A stretch of DNA of 64,000 nt, taken from assembly GCA_963668715.1 (NCBI GenBank), contig OY764960.1, positions 2,511,602 to 2,575,601 on the forward strand. The letters run 5' to 3'. The stretch is from Bacteroidales bacterium. GTDB lineage: Bacteria; Bacteroidota; Bacteroidia; Bacteroidales; VadinHA17. Under the pieces are notes generated by a model, which saw nothing but the letters and a program-made list of their open reading frames with translations, ran no database searches and had not been told where the DNA came from. A program made the position numbers and the translations under genes. Positions 27,932 to 36,792 of this stretch are shown here, piece after piece; position 1 is the stretch's first letter, and every line of letters begins with the position of its first letter.

Positions 27932-29059
27932 GTGTTTGAGGTACGGAATAGATGTAAAGACTCGGCTGCGAGAACGGGAATTCTCACAACCGCGCACGGA
28001 ACAGTAAAGACTCCCGTATTCATGCCTGTGGGTACAGGAGGTACTGTTAAGGGTGTTATGCAGAGAGACCTGAAGCATGAAGTAAATGCAGGAATAATTC
28101 TGGGTAATACTTATCATCTGTACCTCAGGCCCGGAACAGAAATAATAATGAAGGCAGGCGGACTTCACAGGTTCATGAACTGGGACAGGGCGATTCTCAC
28201 TGACAGCGGGGGTTACCAGGTTTTTTCATTGTCAGAGAACAGAAAACTCTCAGATATGGGAGCTCATTTCAAATCGCATATTGACGGTTCCTTACATACC
28301 TTTACGCCTGAGTCGGTAATTGATATCCAAAGGATTATAGGAGCTGATATAATAATGGCTCTTGATGAATGCACCCCTTACCCATGTGACTATGAATATG
28401 CAGTCAGATCAATGGAACTTACCCACAGATGGCTTACGAGGGCTGTAAATCATTTTGCAAATACCGAACCTGCATATGGTCATGAGCAGGTTTTGTTTCC
28501 GATTGTGCAGGGTTCAGTATACAAAGATCTGCGAAAGCAATCTGCAGAGTATATTGCCTCTGCCGGTATGCCTGGAAATGCCATTGGAGGACTTTCAGTA
28601 GGAGAACCTGCTGAAATTATGTATGAGATGATAGGACTGGTAAACGAAATACTGCCTGAAGAAAAACCGCGTTATCTTATGGGTGTGGGAACACCTGTAA
28701 ATATACTTGAAGCCATAGACCTGGGAATTGATATGTTTGACTGTGTAATGCCAACACGTAACGGCCGTAACGGTATGTTGTTTACAGCAGAAGGGGTTAT
28801 TAATATAAAGAACAGGAAATGGGCTGATGATTATTCTCCCCTTGATGTGAATAGCTCATCAGAAGTAAGCAGGACTTATTCAAAGGCTTATCTGCGTCAT
28901 TTGATCATCTCAGGAGAATTGCTGGGAGCACAGATAGCAAGCATACATAATCTGGCCTTTTATTTGTGGCTTGTTGCTGAGGCAGGAAGGCATATAGAAA
29001 AGGGTGATTTTAAAAACTGGAAAACAGAAATGGTAAGATCCCTTGCCCGAAGGATATGA
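27932..29059 (+). CDS. tgt: tRNA-guanosine(34) transglycosylase (queuine tRNA-ribosyltransferase)
   Basis: GTG start. ARTGILTTAHGTVKTPVFMPVGT, TDSGGYQVFSL, and zinc-site region CVMPTRNGRNG. Confidence 0.95.
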   Translation: MFEVRNRCKDSAARTGILTTAHGTVKTPVFMPVGTGGTVKGVMQRDLKHEVNAGIILGNTYHLYLRPGTEIIMKAGGLHRFMNWDRAILTDSGGYQVFSLSENRKLSDMGAHFKSHIDGSLHTFTPESVIDIQRIIGADIIMALDECTPYPCDYEYAVRSMELTHRWLTRAVNHFANTEPAYGHEQVLFPIVQGSVYKDLRKQSAEYIASAGMPGNAIGGLSVGEPAEIMYEMIGLVNEILPEEKPRYLMGVGTPVNILEAIDLGIDMFDCVMPTRNGRNGMLFTAEGVINIKNRKWADDYSPLDVNSSSEVSRTYSKAYLRHLIISGELLGAQIASIHNLAFYLWLVAEAGRHIEKGDFKNWKTEMVRSLARRI

Positions 29060-30153
29060 TTAAGATTGAAAAGAAGACACTGGATGTATATATAATCAAG
29101 AAATTCCTTGGAACTTTCTTCCTTGCACTGGTGCTTATAATGGGAGTGGCCATAATATTTGACTTCTCAGAGAAAATAGACGATTTTCTTGAGAAGGAAG
29201 CGCCTCTGAGGGCTATTATATTTGATTATTATCTGAACTTTGTTCCTTATTTCGCAACTCTTTTTGCCCCTTTATTTACGTTTATTTCTGTCATCTTCTT
29301 TACATCAAAGATGGCATATAACACTGAAATTATTGCCATACTTAGCAACGGAGTAAGCTTCAGGCGTATGATGCTCCCGTATTTTTATTCCTCGCTTGTG
29401 ATTGCTATTATAACATTTTTGCTGACAAATTATGTCATACCGCACTCCAGCAAAGAGAGGATCAGCTTTGAAGAGAGATACTACAGAGGCCGGTCGGGTC
29501 AGACTTACGAAAGAAATATACACAGGCAGGTCTATCCCAATGTCTATGCCTTTATGGAGACTTACCGTTCTGCTGCGCAGATCGGCACAGAGTTCAGTCT
29601 TGAAAAATTCAACGATAAGGGTGAGCTTGAGTCAAAGCTTTCGGCTACACATGTGAAGTGGGATTCAACAATTAATAAATGGAGCGCCAGGTTTTATGTC
29701 ATACGCGAGATAGTTGACGGAGAGGAACGTATAAGGACAGGAAGGAGAATAGATACTGCACTTACCATTACCCCTGAGGATTTTGAGAGAGGGGATAATT
29801 TTGTTGTAACCATGAACCTTCCGGAACTTAACAAGTATATAGATTTACTTAAGTTACAAGGCTCCGAAGAAGTGAAACTATGTCTGAATGAGAAGCATAA
29901 AAGAATTGCAAATCCTTTTTCTGTCTTTATTCTTACACTTATCGGCGTGTCTCTTTCATCCAGGAAAGTAAGAGGGGGAATCGGAATGCAGATAGGATTC
30001 GGACTGGCACTCAGTTTTTCTTATATTTTCTTTATGCAGTTTGCAACACAATTCAGCCTGAAAGGTAGCCTTGATCCTATGCTGGCTATGTGGCTTCCTA
30101 ATATTGTTTATCTGAGTATTGCATTCCTTTTGTACAGACAAGCCCCTAAATAA
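29056..30153 (+). CDS. LptF/LptG (YjgP/YjgQ) family LPS export permease
   Basis: Start overlaps the tgt stop (ATGA). Family-typical N-terminus (LDVYIIKKFLGTFFLALVL). Six TM helices with a large periplasmic loop. Confidence 0.8.
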   Translation: MIKIEKKTLDVYIIKKFLGTFFLALVLIMGVAIIFDFSEKIDDFLEKEAPLRAIIFDYYLNFVPYFATLFAPLFTFISVIFFTSKMAYNTEIIAILSNGVSFRRMMLPYFYSSLVIAIITFLLTNYVIPHSSKERISFEERYYRGRSGQTYERNIHRQVYPNVYAFMETYRSAAQIGTEFSLEKFNDKGELESKLSATHVKWDSTINKWSARFYVIREIVDGEERIRTGRRIDTALTITPEDFERGDNFVVTMNLPELNKYIDLLKLQGSEEVKLCLNEKHKRIANPFSVFILTLIGVSLSSRKVRGGIGMQIGFGLALSFSYIFFMQFATQFSLKGSLDPMLAMWLPNIVYLSIAFLLYRQAPK

Positions 30154-30364
30154 AAACAGTCGAAAAATATATTTTAGTAAATATTTGATATTGTATTATA
30201 TATGGAGATAAAACTGATAATTAATATATCATATTCGAAAAAAAACTGATGTATGTTCTTTATTTATTCATCCTAATTTATTAATGTTGCATGCTTAAAA
30301 CAGTAGAATATTTGGGTTAATATGTTAGTTCGCGGTTGTCCGATACAATATTATTTGAAATGAT

Positions 30365-30455
30365 AATAAAGGCTAACCCCCCGACAAGCTCGGGGGCAGG
30401 CGACAAACGACGAACGGTAAATCAGGGGCACATCCGTTTGTCTTTGGTCTGTCTT
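30365..30455. repeat. Mosaic intergenic repeat, locus G (short)
   Basis: GGCTAACCCCCCGACAAGCTCGGGGGCAGGCGACAAACGACGAACGG parallels 11611-11662 of locus D. It contains a perfect 7-bp-stem hairpin (CCCCCGA-caagc-TCGGGGG). CCGTTTGTCTTTGGTCTGTC follows. Confidence 0.65.
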
Positions 30456-30512
30456 ATAATCATCCTGTTACTAAATTTGTTATATATATAAAATTAATAA
30501 ATACAAATACTT

Positions 30513-32057
30513 ATGCCAATTAACCAGAAGATTCAGGAACTTAAAGAAAGGAGAGAAAAAATTCTTCAGGGGGGAGGAGATAAGGCCATACAGAAGCAAA
30601 AGGCAATGGGGAAGGGAACAGCAAGGGAAAGGATAATGATACTCCTGGATGAAGGCTCCTTCAGCGAATATGATATGTTCGTGGAACACGAAGCTCGTGA
30701 TTTTGATATGGATAAAAAAAGCCTCCCCAGCGACGGGGTGATAATAGGAACAGGCACCATAGAAGGAGCTCCCATAGCGATATTTGCCCAGGACTTTACT
30801 GTGGCAGGAGGATCGCTGGGTGCAATGCACTCGAGGAAGATAACAAAAATAATGGATCATGCACTGAAAATGAGAATTCCGCTGATAGGGATCAATGATT
30901 CGGGTGGTGCAAGGATCCAGGAGGGTGTTAACTCGCTTGCAGGCTATGGAGAGATTTTTTACAGGAACACACTTTCAAGCGGTGTTATACCTCAGATATC
31001 AGTGATCCTGGGACCATGCGCAGGAGGAGCGGTATACTCACCTGCACTGACTGATTTTGTATTTGTTGTACAAAATATTTCCAAGATGTTCATTACGGGC
31101 CCCGAGGTAATTAAAACTGTTCTGGGAGAAGAAATATCAATGGAGGATCTGGGAGGAGCAAGGGTACACAGCGAAATTACAGGTAATGCTCATTTTTATT
31201 CCGAGAGTGAGGATGAGTGTTTTGCCAAGATAAAGGAACTGGTTAGCTATATACCCTGGAATAACAGTCAGAAAGCCAAAACAATGGAGCCTGAAGAACC
31301 TGGCGGGGAGTGCAAAATAGAGAATATAGTACCAGATGATCCTACTTTACCTTATGATGTAAAACATGTTATACGTTCGGTAACTGACAGATCGGAGTTT
31401 TTTGAAATACAGCGCCACTGGGCAAAAAATATGGTAATAGGATTCGGGAGAATAAACGGTGCTACCGTAGGCTTTGTTGCAAATCAGCCGCTTGAGATGG
31501 CCGGTGTCCTGGATGTTGATTCATCCGACAAGGCTGCAAGGTTCATTCGTTATTGTGACGCCTTTAATATTCCTATCGTAACATTCGTGGATCTTCCCGG
31601 TTACCTGCCGGGTGCAGATCAGGAGCATGCCGGAGTAATACGCCATGGGGCAAAAGTACTTTATGCATATAGTGAAGCTACCGTGCCGAAAATAACAGTG
31701 ATCATGCGGAAGGCTTACGGCGGTGGATACATAGCAATGGGCTCAAGACATCTCAGGGCAGATTTCGTATTTGCATGGCCGGGGGCTGAGATTGCAGTAA
31801 TGGGGCCTGAAGGAGCAGCTAATATCATATTCAGGAAGGAAATACTTAATTCTGAAGATCCTGAAGCAACGAGGAAGGCTAAAGTGGAAGAATACAAGGA
31901 GAAATTTGCAAACCCGTATGTGGCTGCTGCCAGAGGTTATGTTGATGCCGTGATCGAACCACAGGAGACAAGGAAACTTCTTATACATGCGATAGAAGTA
32001 TCCGCTAACAAGAGTGTGTCACTACCTGACAAGAAGCATGGAATACCTCCGTTTTAA
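30513..32057 (+). CDS. Acyl-CoA carboxylase carboxyltransferase subunit (methylmalonyl-CoA decarboxylase alpha / propionyl-CoA carboxylase beta type)
   Basis: 514 aa. FAQDFTVAGGSLG, GINDSGGARIQEG, NQPLEMAGVLDVDSSDKAARFIRYCDAFNIPIVTFVDLPGYLPG. Confidence 0.9.
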   Translation: MPINQKIQELKERREKILQGGGDKAIQKQKAMGKGTARERIMILLDEGSFSEYDMFVEHEARDFDMDKKSLPSDGVIIGTGTIEGAPIAIFAQDFTVAGGSLGAMHSRKITKIMDHALKMRIPLIGINDSGGARIQEGVNSLAGYGEIFYRNTLSSGVIPQISVILGPCAGGAVYSPALTDFVFVVQNISKMFITGPEVIKTVLGEEISMEDLGGARVHSEITGNAHFYSESEDECFAKIKELVSYIPWNNSQKAKTMEPEEPGGECKIENIVPDDPTLPYDVKHVIRSVTDRSEFFEIQRHWAKNMVIGFGRINGATVGFVANQPLEMAGVLDVDSSDKAARFIRYCDAFNIPIVTFVDLPGYLPGADQEHAGVIRHGAKVLYAYSEATVPKITVIMRKAYGGGYIAMGSRHLRADFVFAWPGAEIAVMGPEGAANIIFRKEILNSEDPEATRKAKVEEYKEKFANPYVAAARGYVDAVIEPQETRKLLIHAIEVSANKSVSLPDKKHGIPPF

Positions 32058-32085
32058 ATGAGGGCGCAACAATAAAACCGTACCA

Positions 32086-32415
32086 ATGAAAAAGGAAGAA
32101 AGGAAACTGGAAGAACTAAATATAAACCACTCGGTATATTTAACCAGGCTGAGTGAAAGATACAAAAATGCCTTGCCTTATCAACCTCCTGATAAGACTA
32201 AGCTGGTTAGTTTTATCCCGGGGACAGTGATCGAATTATTTGTAAAGGAAGGAGATATTGTGAAGAAAGGGGCTGAAATACTTGTCCTTGAAGCCATGAA
32301 AATGAAGAACAGGATTAAGAGCCCTTTTAATGGCTCCGTTAATAAGGTCAATATCTCTGTAAATGAAAAAGTATCAAAGGGAAAGATCCTTGTAGAGATC
32401 AAACCGGATAAATAA
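32086..32415 (+). CDS. Biotin carboxyl carrier protein (biotin/lipoyl attachment domain)
   Basis: Biotinyl-lysine motif EAMKMKN in a 109-aa protein immediately after the carboxyltransferase. Confidence 0.8.
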   Translation: MKKEERKLEELNINHSVYLTRLSERYKNALPYQPPDKTKLVSFIPGTVIELFVKEGDIVKKGAEILVLEAMKMKNRIKSPFNGSVNKVNISVNEKVSKGKILVEIKPDK

Positions 32416-32420
32416 TTTTA

Positions 32421-33236
32421 TTACAAACTGCCTGACCAGGTCCAGTATTTGCGTAAAAGGCCGTATCCGGGTTTCTCCCGGAATATCCCATAGACAGATG
32501 AACCGCTTCCGCTCATCGAGCAATATGCAGCTCCTGCAGAATATAATTCCTTTATCAGTTCATCTATCAGAGGATGTTTTTTTATAATGGCTTCCTGAAA
32601 GTCGTTTTTTATTATGTCCTTCCATTCTTCAGGAGGCTCCTTTACTATATCTGTCAGATTATAAGCAGGCCCGGAGGGTTTAATAATTCTGTATGCTTCA
32701 GCCGTGCTTATATGTATACCGGGGTGTACCAGAAAAATATAGTATCCTTCAAGGCTTACATTCACCTGACTTACGATTTCTCCCCTTCCTGTTACTATTG
32801 CCGGTTTGTTATCTATGAAAAAAGCACAATCGCTGCCTATCTTTAATGATAACCTGGTCAGCTCCGAGCTACCGGCTTCAAGCCTGAAATACCTGCAGAC
32901 TGACCTGAGCATGAATGCAGCGTCGGATGATCCTCCACCCAGGCCTGATCCGGCAGGAATAGCCTTGTGCAAATGTATCCTGAGAGGCGGTACCGTGTAC
33001 TCTGTCCTTAACAGATCGAGAGCCCTGATAACAAGATTTTCATTCATTTTGCAGTCTGCAGGAAAGCCTGAAACAGTAAGTTCGTCGGTATCCTTTTCCG
33101 GCGATTGTATAACAAATTCCAGGATATCGCGTACGCCCACAGGATAGAAGAGAGACTCTATATTATGATATCCGTCATCCCGCTTTCCTGTAATATTCAA
33201 CCCTATATTGATCTTGGCATTAGGGAAAGTTGTCAT
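32421..33236 (-). CDS. ispE: 4-(cytidine 5'-diphospho)-2-C-methyl-D-erythritol kinase
   Basis: AKINIGLNITGKRDDGYHNIESLFYPV and the GHMP kinase motif IPAGSGLGGGSSDAA. The start is set at MTTFPNAK (33236). Confidence 0.85.
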   Translation of the reverse strand: MTTFPNAKINIGLNITGKRDDGYHNIESLFYPVGVRDILEFVIQSPEKDTDELTVSGFPADCKMNENLVIRALDLLRTEYTVPPLRIHLHKAIPAGSGLGGGSSDAAFMLRSVCRYFRLEAGSSELTRLSLKIGSDCAFFIDNKPAIVTGRGEIVSQVNVSLEGYYIFLVHPGIHISTAEAYRIIKPSGPAYNLTDIVKEPPEEWKDIIKNDFQEAIIKKHPLIDELIKELYSAGAAYCSMSGSGSSVYGIFREKPGYGLLRKYWTWSGSL

Positions 33237-33294
33237 TATTGGCCTGTTGAATTTTGATACAAAATACAAAAAAAATCAGTTGAAAAGGCGCCTG

Positions 33295-33797
33295 AAAGAC
33301 AAAAGACTAACGACGAAAGGCTAAAGACAAAAGGAAAAAGTCTACAGTCTTCAGTCCACAGTCGGCAAATGTTGATTGATAGCGTTAAGCGTTCCGCGTT
33401 CCATGTTCCCTTGTCCCTTTTGTTGGTGCGGATCTACCTTGCTGGCGCGGATCTCCAGATCCGTGCCTTCTCATCCATCTCTCATCTCTATTCACCATTC
33501 ACTTTTTCACCGTGTGCCACCGTGATCCTCCGTGTCCACTGTGGTGAAATATATTATTTGTTTAAAAGTTGAGAAAGTTGAGAATGAGTTTAATGAGACG
33601 AAAGACTAACGACGAAAGACGAAAGGTTATTCAGGTTCTCCATCGTTAACGAATACACCAATACAAATTAATATTTCTGACGAATATTGCTCTGGTCCCT
33701 TTGCGCTTTGCAAATCAACATTGCGGACTGAGGACTGCCGATTGCCGACTACTCAGCATTCCATCATTCCATCATTCCATCATTCCATCATTCCATC
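33295..33797. repeat. Mosaic intergenic repeat, locus H (two elements in inverted orientation upstream of dnaB)
   Basis: The left half (33295-33545) has the purine-rich module, cagtc words, CAAATGTTGATTGAT, GTTAAGCGTTCC words, a collapsed core at 33422-33467 and CTCATC/TTCACC/CGTG words. The right half (33562-33797) carries the AAACTCATTCTCAAC, ggtgtattcg, aatgttgat and cagtc modules in reverse complement. It ends in 5 perfect CATTCCAT octamers (33757-33796). Confidence 0.9.
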
Positions 33798-33938
33798 TTT
33801 ATTTCAACAAGATATCAACATAAACATGTTTGTAATATTTGGTGTTTATTACTGGGCCTAAGCTATGTATTTCCTACCTTTGATCCAGTCAGGTACGATA
33901 CGGATGCCTGCGTTTAATTAAATGATAAACAAACACAT

Positions 33939-35453
33939 ATGGCTGAGCAGAAAGCCAGAACAAGAACTCTGATAAGTAACTTCCCTGATCTGGGCAGAGT
34001 GCCTCCCCAGGCTATTGATATGGAAGAGGCTGTGCTGGGGGCAATAATGCTTGAGAAGGAAGCAATTATTACTGTTCTGGATATTCTTAAACCTGAAAGC
34101 TTCTACAAGGACGTTCATCAGAAGATATATCAGGCCATTCTGTCTCTTAACAACAGAGAGTTGCCTGTCGACCTTTATACAGTTACAGAGGAGCTCAGGG
34201 CAACAGATGAGCTGGAAGATGTTGGCGGACCGGTATATCTTACCCAACTCACATCGAAAGTAGTTTCTGCTGCGCATGTTGAGTTCCATGCTAAAATAGT
34301 TGCACAGAAATTCATACAGAGAGAACTGATACGGGTGACATCTGAAATACAGGGGAAAGCTTTTGATGATTCAAATGATATTAATGAATTACTTGATTTT
34401 TCAGAGAATGAATTGTTTCAGATTGCTGAGGGTAATATCAAGAAGGAAGTAGCTCCCCTGAACCTGGTACTTAAAGAGGCTGTACATGAGATTGAGGAAG
34501 CGAGCAAAAGAGAAGATGCTCTCGTAGGTGTACCTTCAGGATTTACAAAGCTTGACAGGCTTACATCAGGATGGCAGAAATCAGACCTTATAATAGTTGC
34601 CGCCCGGCCTTCAATGGGTAAAACTGCATTCGCTTTGACCATGGCAAGAAATATGGCGGTGGATCATAAGAAGTCGGTAGCCGTATTTTCACTCGAAATG
34701 TCGGCTGTTCAGCTGGTTAACAGACTTATAGTTGCCGAAACAGAGTTGCCGTCCAACAGGATAAAGAACGGAAGATTAAAGGAAGATGAGTGGAGGCAAC
34801 TGGAAGCAAAGATAAAGACACTTGAAGATGCCAGTATCTATATTGACGATACACCGGCAATATCTGTATTCGAGCTAAGGGCCAAGTGCCGGCGTTTGTC
34901 GGCACAGCATAAGCTTGATATAGCTATAGTTGATTACCTTCAGCTTATGTCAGGCCCAAAAGATACAGGCAGCCGGGAGCAGGAGGTGTCAAATATTTCA
35001 CGTTCACTGAAAAGTATTTCAAAAGAACTGAATGTCCCCATTATTGCACTCAGTCAGCTCAACAGGTCGGTAGAAGTAAGAGGTGGAAATAAAAGACCGC
35101 AGTTATCTGATCTGAGAGAATCGGGAGCAATCGAGCAGGATGCCGATATGGTCCTGTTCATCCACAGACCCGAAAAATACGGATTTACAACTCTTGAAAA
35201 TGATATGCCCTCAAAAGGTATCGCGGAAATAATACTGGCAAAAAACAGGAATGGTCCTGTAGATGATGTCATGTTGAGATTCCGGGAGGAAAGGGCGCAG
35301 TTCGTCGATATCGATGATCTTGATTATGATACCATGAGTAGTGCCCGAAGTATTGCGGATTCATTTACTGTTGGCTCAAAGATGAATGATGATATACCGG
35401 GCAGGGATCAGGGCATCGGATTTGAAAACGCATCCGATGATGAGTTTCCATAA
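33939..35453 (+). CDS. dnaB: Replicative DNA helicase
   Basis: PPQAIDMEEAVLGAIML. Walker A: AARPSMGKTAF. SLEMS, IVDYLQLM, and ELNVPIIALSQLNRSVE. Confidence 0.95.
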   Translation: MAEQKARTRTLISNFPDLGRVPPQAIDMEEAVLGAIMLEKEAIITVLDILKPESFYKDVHQKIYQAILSLNNRELPVDLYTVTEELRATDELEDVGGPVYLTQLTSKVVSAAHVEFHAKIVAQKFIQRELIRVTSEIQGKAFDDSNDINELLDFSENELFQIAEGNIKKEVAPLNLVLKEAVHEIEEASKREDALVGVPSGFTKLDRLTSGWQKSDLIIVAARPSMGKTAFALTMARNMAVDHKKSVAVFSLEMSAVQLVNRLIVAETELPSNRIKNGRLKEDEWRQLEAKIKTLEDASIYIDDTPAISVFELRAKCRRLSAQHKLDIAIVDYLQLMSGPKDTGSREQEVSNISRSLKSISKELNVPIIALSQLNRSVEVRGGNKRPQLSDLRESGAIEQDADMVLFIHRPEKYGFTTLENDMPSKGIAEIILAKNRNGPVDDVMLRFREERAQFVDIDDLDYDTMSSARSIADSFTVGSKMNDDIPGRDQGIGFENASDDEFP

Positions 35454-35487
35454 TGAAAACTGATAAAACAGGGAGGATTTTATTAAT

Positions 35488-36792
35488 ATGCCCGAAAGCA
35501 TTATTTATTTTTTTGCCGGACTTGCAGCAGGAATTGTACTGATGCTGATCCTCAGTTACCTGAGGAAGAAGTCTCTGTCTTCGTCGGAAGAGTTACATAT
35601 CAATGATCTTAAGCAGACAATCGCTGAAAACAAGAATGAACTCAATATACGCGAGGAAGAGATACGTAAACTGACGGGTATGGTAGCTTCAAAGGAGGCA
35701 AATATACTGTCGCTGGGAGAAAAGCTTGCAGAGCAGAAAAAAGAGCTGGAGAAAATGCAGGAGCAGATGAAAAAGGAATTCAGGTTGCTGGCTGATGAAA
35801 TACTTGAAGAGAAGAGCAGGAGGTTTACCCGGGAGAATGCAGAAAAACTTGATAACATACTGAGACCGTTTAATGATAACCTGAAGGATTTCAGGGATAA
35901 GGTGGAAAAGACCAGACTGGAAAGCAGTAAGGACAGGGAATCGCTTATGACTAAGATCGCTGATCTCGAAAAACTGAATACCAGGATAAGTGACGAAGCG
36001 AACGCTTTGACCAGGGCGCTTAAGGGAGATTCAAAAGCCAGGGGAAACTGGGGTGAAATGATACTCGAAAGTATACTGGAAAAATCGGGTCTGGTAAAGA
36101 ACAGGGAATTTCTTGTACAGGAGTCATATTCAACTGAGGAGGGAGGAAGATTACAGCCTGATGTGATTGTAAAATACCCGGGTAACAGGAGTATCATTAT
36201 CGATTCGAAAGTATCACTGATAGGTTATGAGCAATATGTAAATGCCGAAACGGATGAAGAAAGGGATAAAGCAGTAAAAGCTCATTTGCAATCTGTCAGG
36301 GCTCACCTTAATAAGCTTTCTGCCAAGGATTACCAGGATGAGTATAAACTGGAGACAGTTGATTTCGTGATGATGTTTATGCCCGTCGAACCGGCATACT
36401 TCCTTGCTTTACAGTCGGATAACAGACTATGGTCAGATTCGTACGAGAAGAGGGTTTTAATGATAAGCCCTACAAACCTTATTGCAGCACTTAAAATGAT
36501 TGAGAGTATATGGAAGCAGGAATATCAAAGCAGGAATGTCATGGAAATTGCCCGCCAGGGTGGCGCCCTGTATGACGATTTCGTACTATTGCTCGAGCGG
36601 CTTGAGAAACTTGGAAAGAAGCTTAATGAAACACAAAGGCAGTATGACGATACGGTTATGAAACTAACAGGGAGGGGTAATCTTATAAGCAGGGTAGGCT
36701 CTCTCAGGGAGCTGGGAATAAAGGCCCGCAAAGAAATGCCCGATACATTCAGGGACGACCAGTTGCAGGATAATAACGGAGCAGCTAATTAA
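35488..36792 (+). CDS. rmuC: DNA recombination protein RmuC
   Basis: N-terminal TM helix, long coiled coil, and a C-terminal RmuC nuclease-like domain (RGNWGEMILESILE...PDVIV...IIIDSKVSL). Confidence 0.9.
   Translation: MPESIIYFFAGLAAGIVLMLILSYLRKKSLSSSEELHINDLKQTIAENKNELNIREEEIRKLTGMVASKEANILSLGEKLAEQKKELEKMQEQMKKEFRLLADEILEEKSRRFTRENAEKLDNILRPFNDNLKDFRDKVEKTRLESSKDRESLMTKIADLEKLNTRISDEANALTRALKGDSKARGNWGEMILESILEKSGLVKNREFLVQESYSTEEGGRLQPDVIVKYPGNRSIIIDSKVSLIGYEQYVNAETDEERDKAVKAHLQSVRAHLNKLSAKDYQDEYKLETVDFVMMFMPVEPAYFLALQSDNRLWSDSYEKRVLMISPTNLIAALKMIESIWKQEYQSRNVMEIARQGGALYDDFVLLLERLEKLGKKLNETQRQYDDTVMKLTGRGNLISRVGSLRELGIKARKEMPDTFRDDQLQDNNGAAN

Noticed and set aside
35556-36197. A 213-aa minus-strand ORF antisense to rmuC. 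Similar long antisense ORFs: 61712-62278 (+), 57033-57506 (+), 16977-17462 (-), 1568-2035 (-), 40624-41046 (+), 38133-38441 (+).
   Set aside because: Each lies entirely inside a well-supported gene on the other strand. Each has low-complexity Ser/Leu-rich or otherwise non-protein-like composition, the mirror of E/K-rich coiled coils. None has a recognisable motif.
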